Part shown: positions 18,446 through 26,802 of the stretch, one piece after another
Position numbering within the stretch: the first letter of the stretch is position 1
How the letters are laid out: the number at the start of each line of letters is the position of its first letter
Assembly: GCA_017455435.1 (NCBI GenBank)
Contig: JAFTAU010000038.1
Location: forward strand, 2,284-66,283
Length of the DNA: 64,000 nucleotides
Reading direction: 5' to 3'
Source of the DNA: Lachnospiraceae bacterium
GTDB taxonomy: Bacteria > Bacillota > Clostridia > Lachnospirales > Lachnospiraceae
The notes under the pieces: generated by a model
Told to the model about the DNA's origin: nothing
Seen by the model: only the letters and a program-made list of their open reading frames with translations
Database searches by the model: none
Program-made: the position numbers and the translations under genes

Positions 18446-18793
18446 GAGAGTGCTGTGAGGCATGTTGCTTCTCAGCACTCTCTCTTTTCGCCTTTTATTG
18501 GCAATAATAGAGTGCTGAGAGATATGTTGCCCTATAGCACTCTTTAAGCAGTGGAGATGTAAGTGATTTCGAGAGTGCTACAAGGCATGTATCGCTATAC
18601 CACTCCCAACTATTCGTTAAACTCATTTTCAAGAGAGTGCTACAAAGGCACATGCCCCGCAGCACTCTCGTTTTTACGAAAAAGCCGATTTTTTGAGAGT
18701 GCTACAAAGGCACATGCCCTGCAGCACTCCCGATTTCTTGAATATCCCGTTTTTAAGAGAGTGCTAAAGAGATACATGCCCTACAGCACTCTT
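18446..18793. repeat. Array of six 37-nt hairpin repeats at a fixed 62-63-bp period with unique 25-26-nt spacers (CRISPR-like layout, degenerate repeats)
   Basis: Repeat starts are at 18446, 18508, 18571, 18633, 18695 and 18757. The consensus is GAGAGTGCT-N19-AGCACTCTC. Arms are conserved and the centres vary around (G)GCA(C)ATG(T)(T)GCC. Confidence 0.8.
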
Positions 18794-18850
18794 TCAAACA
18801 GGCTTGTAGCTGTTTTTCTAAACCGTTACAAGAAATGATGAGGATATTCG

Positions 18851-18869
18851 AGGTCACAAATTGTGACCT
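18851..18869. promoter_or_regulatory. Perfect 19-bp palindrome AGGTCACAA-A-TTGTGACCT
   Basis: Read directly, ~240 bp upstream of the comB-like gene. No T-run follows, so an operator is more likely than a terminator. Confidence 0.3.
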
Positions 18870-19105
18870 TATAAGAAACTGTTCCCTGAAGACTATTGCT
18901 TCCGATTGACGGAGGAAACATTTTTGAAATGTAAAAACGATATCTCGAAGGATGAAGGCGAAGAGGAATTATTCGGCCAAAAAACGCAACCCAAATCACA
19001 TTATTCGTCTGAAAAACGTGCTGCGGGGTACAATCGGCAATAATAAGCAATGCGACGCTATGAGTCCCGTAGCAAAAAACGAGCGTTGGTGGTATTATAT
19101 ACACC

Positions 19106-19813
19106 ATGAATATCAGAATTAATCAGCAATTGAATGGAATAGAAGACATTACCGGGGCGGCGGTGATAATAGACGTTTTCAGAGCCTTCTCGGTGGAGTG
19201 CCATCTGCTAAGTAACGGCGCCGAAAAGCTTCTTGCAGTGGGCGGAAAGCAGGCGGCGTATGATTACCGCGAACGGCATCCGGGCACGCTTCTGATAGGC
19301 GAGAGAGACGGCGCAATGCTGCCCGGATTTAATTACGGCAATTCCCCTTCGCAGGTCGAAGGCGTCGATTTTACCGGAAAGACCGTCGTTCATACGACCA
19401 GCGCCGGAACGCAGGGCGTATCCGGAGCGAAGAACGCCCGCCTTATTCTGGGGGCTACGCTTTTGAACGCGGCAGCCACCGCGGAATATATCAAAAAGAT
19501 AGGAGAGGAAGATGTCACCCTCGTGTGCATGGGGTTGGGTGCGGTTGAGCCCACGGACGAGGACACGCTCTGCGCCGAATATATCCGCGCCATGCTGATT
19601 TCGGACGAGGCTGCCGACGAATTTAGAAAGACTCTGCCTGAACGCATTGAAGGGTTGAAATACACCAGCGGCGCCAAATTCTTTGACCCCGCGAGGCAGT
19701 CCGTTTTCCCTGAGAAGGACTTTTATCTAAGCACTGAAATCGACCGGTTTGACTTTGCAATTAAGGCCGGGCGCGCCGGCGACGGATTCTTCCTTATGAA
19801 AAAAACTATCTAA
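19106..19813 (+). CDS. comB: 2-phosphosulfolactate phosphatase (ComB) family protein
   Basis: Motifs VIIDVFRAFS, GER.G...PGF.YGNSP and HTTSAGT in a 235-aa protein. Confidence 0.75.
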   Translation: MNIRINQQLNGIEDITGAAVIIDVFRAFSVECHLLSNGAEKLLAVGGKQAAYDYRERHPGTLLIGERDGAMLPGFNYGNSPSQVEGVDFTGKTVVHTTSAGTQGVSGAKNARLILGATLLNAAATAEYIKKIGEEDVTLVCMGLGAVEPTDEDTLCAEYIRAMLISDEAADEFRKTLPERIEGLKYTSGAKFFDPARQSVFPEKDFYLSTEIDRFDFAIKAGRAGDGFFLMKKTI

Positions 19814-19878
19814 CAGTTTTAATTTAACGCATGTAAACATGAGTCATAGTCGGTGAAATCAAGCGTTTAAGCGAGCTT

Positions 19879-19969
19879 CTCCGTATGATTTGTGAAAATT
19901 GAAATCTCTACGGAGTTCTGAACGAAAAAACTCCGTATGATTTGCAGATATTGAAATCTATACGGAGTT
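19879..19969. repeat. Two tandem ~40-nt hairpin repeats (CTCCGTATGATTTG...ATTGAAATCT.TACGGAG)
   Basis: Copy A is at 19879-19917 and copy B at 19929-19969. Each has 7-9-bp arms (AACTCCGTA/TACGGAGTT) and a ~23-nt loop. They lie between convergent genes. Confidence 0.65.
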
Positions 19970-20014
19970 CGCTCCGCTTATTTCCGGTTGTCACAATTGA
20001 ACCTTATTAACACT

Positions 20015-20053
20015 AAAAAAACCGCCGCGAAGCACGGGCCTGCGGCGGTTTTG
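20015..20053 (-). terminator. Rho-independent (bidirectional-looking) terminator of the nhaC-like gene
   Basis: AAAAAA-ACCGCCGC-loop-GCGGCGGT-TTT. On the minus strand the stem is followed by TTTTTTT. Confidence 0.75.
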
Positions 20054-20070
20054 CTATAAGTTTTATTATC

Positions 20071-21651
20071 TTACGCTTCTTTTTTCTTTGCCAGATATTT
20101 CATAACCAGCAGGAAGCCGAACATCAGCACCAGCATAACCGGCATAACAACATAGATATTCGGGAAGAAGCCGGAGACGATAAACGCCACGAAGGAAAAG
20201 CCCGCCACGGTAATCGCGTAAGGAAGCTGCGTGGAAACGTGCTCAACATGGTTGCACTGCGCACCGGCGGAGGACATGATGGTCGTATCCGAAATAGGAG
20301 AGCAGTGGTCGCCGCAGACAGCGCCTGCCAGACAGGCTGAAACGCCAACGTAAAGCAACGGATCGCCCACTTTGAAGATGGAGGTTACTATCGGGATGAG
20401 GATACCGAAGGTTCCCCACGAGGTGCCTGTCGAGAAGGAAATGACTACCGCCACCAGGAAGATGACTGCGGGCAGCATCTTATAGAGCGAATCGGAAGCG
20501 CCGGACATAAACGACTCGACAAATTCGGTAGAGCCGAGCAGACCGGTCATATTCTTGAGCGCTGTAGCCAGCGTCAGGATGAGCATGGCGGGAACCATTG
20601 TCTTGAAGCCCGCGGGGATGCAGGTCATAGCGTCTTTCAGAGAAACGAGTTTTCTGATGGCAAGGTAAATGACAATCAGTATAAGCGTTGCAAGGCCGCC
20701 CAGCGGAAGAGCCACGGTGGCGTCGGTGTCGCCGAACGCCGCGATGAAATCGTGATAATTAGCGCTTTCGGAATCAAAGAAGCCGCCGTTATAAATCAGC
20801 GCGACAACGCAAAGTCCGATGAGCACCAGGATGGGAGCCAGCATATCCAGAACCTTGGCGTGTCCCTTGCTCTTTCCTCTGCGCTCCTGCTCGGTCTTGA
20901 CGGCGTTCATCGTATCGGAAGAAGCGTCGTTCGTCTCGGGATCCTCGTCTTCCACCATAGCGGCATCAGCACCCAGATCGCCCGCGGCGGCCTTCATCTC
21001 AGACTTTCTCATCTTGCCGTAGTCAAAGCCGAGAAGAGAAATCATGATGACGAAGCCGAGCGTCAGGATAGAGTAAAAGTTGAAAGGAATCGCTTTTACG
21101 AAGAGCTCAAAGCCGCTCATTTTTTCGCTGTCGACGTAGCCGGAAACCGCGGCGGCCCAGCTCGAAATGGGAGCTATCATGCAAACGGGAGCGGCGGTGG
21201 CGTCGATGATGTACGCCAGCTTCGCGCGGCTGATTTTCTTTTTGTCGGTGACGGGAGTCATGACCGCGCCGACGGTAAGGCAGTTGAAATAGTCGTCAAT
21301 GAAAATCAGGATGCCGAAGATACAGGTGCAGATAAGAGCGCCGGCCTTGGTTTTGATGTGCCTGTCGGCAAAATCGCCGAATGCCTTGGCGGCGCCGGCC
21401 TTGTTGATCAGGGCCACGATAATGCCGAGAATCGCGAGGAAAACAAAAATGCCGGCATTGCCCGATACAGCTTTAATCAGTCCGTCATTGATAACTGTAT
21501 TAAATGTTCCGGGAATCGAAAAGCCGGTAGCCAGCAGTCCGCCGGCCAGAACGCCGATGAACAGGGAGCTGTAAACCTCTTTCGTAATGAGGGCGAGCGC
21601 TATAGCCAAAACCGCAGGCACGAGCGCCCAGAAAGTTCCGAAGAAATCCAT
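20071..21651 (-). CDS. nhaC: Na+/H+ antiporter NhaC-family transporter
   Basis: N-terminus ..FWALVPAVLAIALALITKEV..SLF.G.. and a polytopic 526-aa protein with a central hydrophilic loop. GGAAGGAG RBS. Confidence 0.8.
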   Translation of the reverse strand: MDFFGTFWALVPAVLAIALALITKEVYSSLFIGVLAGGLLATGFSIPGTFNTVINDGLIKAVSGNAGIFVFLAILGIIVALINKAGAAKAFGDFADRHIKTKAGALICTCIFGILIFIDDYFNCLTVGAVMTPVTDKKKISRAKLAYIIDATAAPVCMIAPISSWAAAVSGYVDSEKMSGFELFVKAIPFNFYSILTLGFVIMISLLGFDYGKMRKSEMKAAAGDLGADAAMVEDEDPETNDASSDTMNAVKTEQERRGKSKGHAKVLDMLAPILVLIGLCVVALIYNGGFFDSESANYHDFIAAFGDTDATVALPLGGLATLILIVIYLAIRKLVSLKDAMTCIPAGFKTMVPAMLILTLATALKNMTGLLGSTEFVESFMSGASDSLYKMLPAVIFLVAVVISFSTGTSWGTFGILIPIVTSIFKVGDPLLYVGVSACLAGAVCGDHCSPISDTTIMSSAGAQCNHVEHVSTQLPYAITVAGFSFVAFIVSGFFPNIYVVMPVMLVLMFGFLLVMKYLAKKKEA

Positions 21652-21761
21652 TTGTTGATACTCCTTCCTTTACGAATAATGAACGATTATACCACATAAT
21701 TTACCTTTGTAAAGCGGTAAAGTGTGCGGATTTCATATTTTGGCAGTTTTCTTGCGGTTAT

Positions 21762-22334
21762 TTACTGATAATTTGCAGAGATTCTGTCGCATCTGTCCAT
21801 CATGTCTTCGATGGCGCCATGAAAGGTAGTGAACATGAGATGTATATACTGGGCATTTTTTTCGCTCATGCCCGAATTGACATAATCGAGTGTCAGACCC
21901 GCGAGCAGGCATCGCAGAACGGAGATTATCATTTCGGAATCCGCGTCATTGAGCTTTCGGCGGGCAAATTCCGGTGTGAGGTATTCACGTATAATCTTGT
22001 CGGTGTATTTCCACAGATAATCTTCAAATATGGAGCGGCTGACGGAATTGTAGATGTGAAAAATGGAGCGCCTGTTCTTTGATGCGTAATCGAGTACAGA
22101 AAAAATGCCGTTTTCGAGAGAATCTGCGGAAGCGTCTTCGGGAAACATAAGTGAAAGCTGCTCCGAAATGATTTCATCTATGAGCGAGGGCAGGTCTTCA
22201 TAATGATAATAAAAAGTATTACGGTTTATTCCACAGCTGTCCGCTATTTTCTTAACGCTGATTTCGGAGAGAGGCATCCGGTCGAGCATTTCAAGAAACG
22301 AAGCCTTTATAGCTTTTTTTGTAAGATCCGACAT
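21762..22334 (-). CDS. TetR/AcrR-family transcriptional regulator
   Basis: HTH region ISVKKIADSCGINRNTFYYHY. Start set at Met 22334 (MSDLTKK) rather than the upstream track start at 22394. Confidence 0.8.
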   Translation of the reverse strand: MSDLTKKAIKASFLEMLDRMPLSEISVKKIADSCGINRNTFYYHYEDLPSLIDEIISEQLSLMFPEDASADSLENGIFSVLDYASKNRRSIFHIYNSVSRSIFEDYLWKYTDKIIREYLTPEFARRKLNDADSEMIISVLRCLLAGLTLDYVNSGMSEKNAQYIHLMFTTFHGAIEDMMDRCDRISANYQ

Positions 22335-22360
22335 TGATTTCTCCTGCAATTTGTCAAATC

Positions 22361-22374
22361 CAGACAAGTGTCTG
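22361..22374. promoter_or_regulatory. Palindrome CAGACA-AG-TGTCTG between the divergent TetR and MMPL genes; candidate TetR operator
   Basis: Perfect 6-bp arms, extendable to ATC(C)AGACA/TGTCTGAT, inside the 131-bp divergent intergenic region. Confidence 0.4.
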
Positions 22375-22465
22375 ATTTTTAGGCATCTGCCCAAAATTGT
22401 TTATTTATTATATGCCGCCATCAGCTAAAATACAATAGTATTTCAGAGAAGGAGCGCGTGGCTTT

Positions 22466-24550
22466 ATGAGACTCGGAAAGATTGTGGTAAAAGCAAGAAT
22501 CGCGATAATCGCGATTACCCTGATTCTCTGCGCACTTTCGGTACTGGGCATGATAAATACCCGTATCAATTTTGACATGCTGACCTATCTGCCAGAGGAT
22601 TTTGAAACCGTCAAAGGGCAGGAAATACTGCTGGAAGAATTCGGAAAAGGCGGCTTTTCCATGGTTATGATAGAGGGCATGGACCAAAAGGACGTCGTAG
22701 AGCTGAAAAAAGAGTTCGAAAAGGTGGATCATGTCGAATCGGTGATTTGGTACGACACCTTTGCGGATATCAATATTCCCATGGAGATTCTGCCGGACGA
22801 GCTTTACGAGAAATTCAATTCCGGAAGCTCCACGGTTATGGCGGTTTTCTTTGATACAAGCACCTCCGCCGACGAAACCATAGAGGCCATCCGCAGCATA
22901 CGCCTGATCGGCGGCGAAAAGGTCTTTGTCTCGGGACTTTCCGCAATGATTACGGATCTGAAGGAACTGTGTGAAAAAGAAGAGATTATCTATGTTGGAA
23001 TAGCCGTAGGCTGCGCCCTGATTGTGATGATGCTGTTTCTGGACAGCTTTCTGGTTCCCTTCGTCTTCCTTGCCAGCATCGGCGCCATGATACTGATCAA
23101 TATGGGCACCAACTTTTTCCTGGGCGAAACCTCGTATATTACAAAGGCTCTGGCCGCAGTGCTGCAGCTTGCCGTTACGATGGATTACAGTATTTTCCTG
23201 TGGCACAGCTACAATGAATACAGGCACAACGGAAATGATGCCCGCTCTGCGATGCCGCTTGCCGTCAGGGACACGCTCGCCGCGGTGGTGGGTTCGTCTA
23301 TCACGACAATCGCCGGCTTTATCGCGCTTTGCTTTATGAGCTACACTTTGGGAAGCGACCTGGGCATAGTAATGGCAAAGGGCGTGGCGCTTGGCGTAAT
23401 CGGATCCGTCACCCTGCTTCCCGCCATGATTCTGGTCCTGGACAAGCCTCTTTCCGTCACGCGTCACAAAAGCCTTATTCCGAACTGCGGAAAGCTGTCC
23501 GGCGGAATAATAAAGATATTCCCCGTTTTTATCATAGCCTTCGCGCTGCTTATCATCCCTGCCTACTACGGATATGACAAGACAAACGACAATACATATT
23601 ATACGATAGCGGACAGCCTGCCGGAGGATATGGAATTTCGCGTAGCAAACAAAAAGCTGCAGGACGAGTACGATATGCAAAACGTCCAGATGATTCTGGT
23701 GCGCTCGGATATCCCGTCCGCAACCGTCCGCGAGATGAATAAAAAACTGGAGCAGATCGACGGCGTCAAGGCGGTGCTGGGAATGGAAAGCGTTCTGGGG
23801 GAGAGGATTCCCGAGGAGATTCTGCCCTCGGGCATAAAATCCACATTGGAGTCCGAAAACTGGAAGCTGCTGCTGATTACTTCCGAATATAAGATTGCGA
23901 CCGACGAAATCGCGCATCAGATTGATGAAATAAACAGCACGCTGAAAAGCTATGACGAACAGGGGCTTCTGATAGGCGAAGCGGCCTGCACTCAGGATTT
24001 GATAAATGTGACAAAAATCGATTTTCAGGTAGTTACGTGGGTCAGCATCGCATTTGTCTTCCTTATTGTATTCTTTGTAGAAAAAAGCCTCTCGCTGCCG
24101 TTTATCCTGATAGTGCTGATTGAGGTCGGAATCTTTATCAATCTCGGCATCCCTTATTATACGGGCGACAGACTTCCCTTTATTACGCCGATATGCATCT
24201 CAACCATTCAACTCGGCGCGACGGTGGACTATGCCATACTTCTGACCACAAAATACAAGGCTGAGCGCACCGGCGCTTTTTCCGGTGTCTCAAAGCCAAA
24301 GAAGGAGGCCGTAAAGACCGCGCTTCAAAGCTCAATCCCGTCCATCATTGTTTCGGGTGCGGGGCTGTTTGCCGCAACCTTCGGGGTTTATGTATATACG
24401 AGCATAGATATGATAGGTTCTATGTGCGCTCTGCTCGCACGTGGCGCCGTGATATCGATGATTCTGGTAATTTTTGTTCTTCCGTCTTTGCTGGTTTTGT
24501 GCGACGGATTGATAAAAAAGACCACTTTCGGAATGAAAAACTGCATCTGA
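22466..24550 (+). CDS. MMPL/RND-superfamily membrane transporter
   Basis: 694 aa with two blocks of ~6 TM, each preceded by an extracytoplasmic domain. Typical MMPL organisation, adjacent to a YhgE/Pip protein. Confidence 0.8.
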   Translation: MRLGKIVVKARIAIIAITLILCALSVLGMINTRINFDMLTYLPEDFETVKGQEILLEEFGKGGFSMVMIEGMDQKDVVELKKEFEKVDHVESVIWYDTFADINIPMEILPDELYEKFNSGSSTVMAVFFDTSTSADETIEAIRSIRLIGGEKVFVSGLSAMITDLKELCEKEEIIYVGIAVGCALIVMMLFLDSFLVPFVFLASIGAMILINMGTNFFLGETSYITKALAAVLQLAVTMDYSIFLWHSYNEYRHNGNDARSAMPLAVRDTLAAVVGSSITTIAGFIALCFMSYTLGSDLGIVMAKGVALGVIGSVTLLPAMILVLDKPLSVTRHKSLIPNCGKLSGGIIKIFPVFIIAFALLIIPAYYGYDKTNDNTYYTIADSLPEDMEFRVANKKLQDEYDMQNVQMILVRSDIPSATVREMNKKLEQIDGVKAVLGMESVLGERIPEEILPSGIKSTLESENWKLLLITSEYKIATDEIAHQIDEINSTLKSYDEQGLLIGEAACTQDLINVTKIDFQVVTWVSIAFVFLIVFFVEKSLSLPFILIVLIEVGIFINLGIPYYTGDRLPFITPICISTIQLGATVDYAILLTTKYKAERTGAFSGVSKPKKEAVKTALQSSIPSIIVSGAGLFAATFGVYVYTSIDMIGSMCALLARGAVISMILVIFVLPSLLVLCDGLIKKTTFGMKNCI

Positions 24551-24562
24551 CAGGAGGATGTT

Positions 24563-26464
24563 ATGAATAAAAAATTGTTATCAATATTGAGTATTCTGCT
24601 TACGCTGACATTGGTTTTTGCCGAATTCAAAGCACCCGTGAAGGTTTTCGGCGAGGAGGAAAAAAACGAAATCGAAAGTGCAGTTTCTGCGATTGCGGAC
24701 TCCATCGGCGTGAGCAGCACTTCCGCTCAGCTGATAAACGATAACGTGATGTACGTTATCACAGACGCCGCCGGAACACCCGAAAAAGCCATTTTTTCCG
24801 ATGCAAACGGAATGACGGAGCAGGAACTGGCGAGCTTCAAGCAGCCTGTGGACGTTACTGTTACATACACTCTTAACGGAAAAGAAGTGAGCGCAGATGA
24901 AATAGCCGGCGCGTCCGGAAAGGTCGGCATCAGGTTTGATTACAGAAACAATGAGATCAAGACTGTGGAGATAGACGGAAAAGAGGAGGAGATGTTTATC
25001 CCTTACGTCGTGGTTTCCGGTGTGATCCTGAGCAATGAAAACTTTTCGGACATTGAAATAGTTCACGGCAGGCTTGCCGGAGACGGAAGCAGATTCGTGG
25101 CCGGCGGAATCGCCGTGCCCGGGCTGAAGCAGAATATCGACCCGGACGGAAAAATAAAGGATCTGGAAAAAATACCGGATTATATAGAAATCACTGCGAA
25201 TACGACAAATTTCGACCTTCCGATGACTATCTCAGCTGTTTTTGCGCTGAATCTTGACGAACTGGAGCTGGGAAGTTTTGACGGAGTGACAGAGCTGACG
25301 GACGGAATCGGCCGCCTGAAAGATGCGATGATACAGCTTGTGGACGGCGCCGGACAGCTTTCTGACGGCAGCGAAAAGCTTTCGGACGGTGCGGCGCAGC
25401 TTGCAGGCGGAATAAAAGAGCTGAGCGGCGGCCTGGGCAAGCTTTCAGACAACAGCGGCGCGCTCAGAGACGGAGCCGCGCAGGTATTTAATTCACTGCT
25501 TTCCACGGTGAAGGGAGAACTGGAAAAAGGCGGCCTGCAGGTCGGAAACCTGACCATAGGCAATTATTCAAAGACCTTGAATAAGATAATTGATTCCCTG
25601 GATTCTACCAATGTTTATAATCAGGCGCTGGCGCAGGTGACCGTGGCGGTAGAAGCGAACCGCCCGCAGATAAAGGCAGCAGTCACGGCAGCGGTAAAAG
25701 ATCAGGTTACGACGGCGGTAAAGGCCGCGATAGAGCAGGGCGTGAGAGCGCAGGCCACCGATACGGTAAGGGCTGCTGCGGAACCCGGCGTCAGGGAAGC
25801 GGTCATTACCGGAGCAGGTTTCAATTCTGTGGCGGAGTATGAAGCAGCTGTGACGGGAGGATTTGTGAGCGCCGAGGTGGCCGCGCAGATAGAGGCGGCT
25901 GTGGCTTCAAATCTTGATACGGTAGTCGAACAGCAGCTGCAGACGCTTATCACGCAGCAGACGGATGCACAGCTCGACGGCCAGGTAGAAGCGCAGATGA
26001 ACAGCGACGAGATAAAAGCTGTGATTGATGCAAATACTCAGACTCAGGTCGAAATGCTTATCTCGCAGAATATGGCGTCCGAGGAGGTACAGGGAAAGCT
26101 TTCCACAGCTGCGGCCGGAGCAAAAGCGGTTATAGCCGCAAAAGCACAGCTTGACGCTTACAACTCGTTCTATCTGGGGCTTAAAACGTATACAAACGGT
26201 GTCGACGCGGCCGCATCCGGAAGCAAAAAGCTCCTGGACGGCGCCGGCAGCTTAAAGAAAGGCGCATCGGACCTGGCGGGCGGTATGTCGGAGCTTGCCG
26301 ACGGCATCAAAAAACTGGACGATGAGGGCATAAGCAAACTCACCGAAAAGTTCGACGAAAACACGGTTTCTGCGATAAAGCGCTTTGCAAAGGTTCTTGA
26401 AATTGCGGGCGATGCCACGGACGTGAAATATATCATCAGAACTGCGTCTGTTGAGGGCAAATAA
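24563..26464 (+). CDS. YhgE/Pip-domain secreted or anchored protein with tandem L.DG...L heptad-like repeats
   Basis: Signal peptide present. Repeats LTDGIGRLKDAMIQLVDGAGQLSDGSEKLSDGAAQLAGGIKELSGGLGKLSDNSGALRDGA recur near the C-terminus (LLDGAGSLKKGASDLAGGMSELADGIKKL). Confidence 0.75.
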   Translation: MNKKLLSILSILLTLTLVFAEFKAPVKVFGEEEKNEIESAVSAIADSIGVSSTSAQLINDNVMYVITDAAGTPEKAIFSDANGMTEQELASFKQPVDVTVTYTLNGKEVSADEIAGASGKVGIRFDYRNNEIKTVEIDGKEEEMFIPYVVVSGVILSNENFSDIEIVHGRLAGDGSRFVAGGIAVPGLKQNIDPDGKIKDLEKIPDYIEITANTTNFDLPMTISAVFALNLDELELGSFDGVTELTDGIGRLKDAMIQLVDGAGQLSDGSEKLSDGAAQLAGGIKELSGGLGKLSDNSGALRDGAAQVFNSLLSTVKGELEKGGLQVGNLTIGNYSKTLNKIIDSLDSTNVYNQALAQVTVAVEANRPQIKAAVTAAVKDQVTTAVKAAIEQGVRAQATDTVRAAAEPGVREAVITGAGFNSVAEYEAAVTGGFVSAEVAAQIEAAVASNLDTVVEQQLQTLITQQTDAQLDGQVEAQMNSDEIKAVIDANTQTQVEMLISQNMASEEVQGKLSTAAAGAKAVIAAKAQLDAYNSFYLGLKTYTNGVDAAASGSKKLLDGAGSLKKGASDLAGGMSELADGIKKLDDEGISKLTEKFDENTVSAIKRFAKVLEIAGDATDVKYIIRTASVEGK

Positions 26465-26802
26465 CGAACGCCCGGAGCGGCGCATATATTATTAAGATTT
26501 TTTACCAAATTATTTTACAAATAAAAGACAAATCCCTCAAAAATATAGTATAATAAATTGAACTGAGAACTTTCGTAATATAAAATTTCCTTCAGACAAA
26601 CGCCCTGGGGTGTTCGAAAAGCTGTATTATTTTTGAACCTACACTTTGACATAAGGGATTTCAGTATTGCTTTGGATATGTCAGGCCTCGATGCAGTGGA
26701 AGACAGAGTCCGAAGCCGCGATTACCCACCTGGCAGCAGCTAGGCGTCAGAAAAGCAGTCCGGCACTTTGGGGTTTAATTTTTTTCAGGGAGGAAAAATC
26801 CA

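Noticed and set aside
18446-18793. Annotating the periodic hairpin array as a bona fide CRISPR locus
   Set aside because: Repeat copies differ at up to ~7 of 37 positions and include an indel, whereas active arrays have near-identical repeats. Spacers are only 25-26 nt. No cas gene or obvious leader lies in the 64 kb. I kept it as a 'repeat' with a CRISPR-like layout and flagged it for testing.
18319-19107. Track ORFs 18319..18507 (+), 18563..18838 (+) and 18826..19107 (-) as protein-coding genes
   Set aside because: They run through the 62-bp-period repeats, so the period is out of frame. They lack RBSs and have odd composition. Their 'repeats' would fall in different frames. They are most likely non-coding.
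22421-23917. 498-aa ORF antisense to the MMPL transporter gene
   Set aside because: It lies entirely within a well-supported gene on the other strand, and its His/Arg/Gln-rich low-complexity translation has no recognisable domain. The same reasoning applies to other long antisense ORFs: 5596..6354, 7070..7867, 8050..8736, 10039..10731, 12667..13392, 20752..21699, 26785..27345, 36958..37548 and 45695..46612.
26560-26800. Calling a specific riboswitch, T-box or tmRNA-like gene upstream of icd
   Set aside because: I found no match to the T-box (AGGGTGGNACCGCG-type) sequence, to tmRNA termini, or to other consensus cores I know. It is reported only as a long leader of unknown significance.
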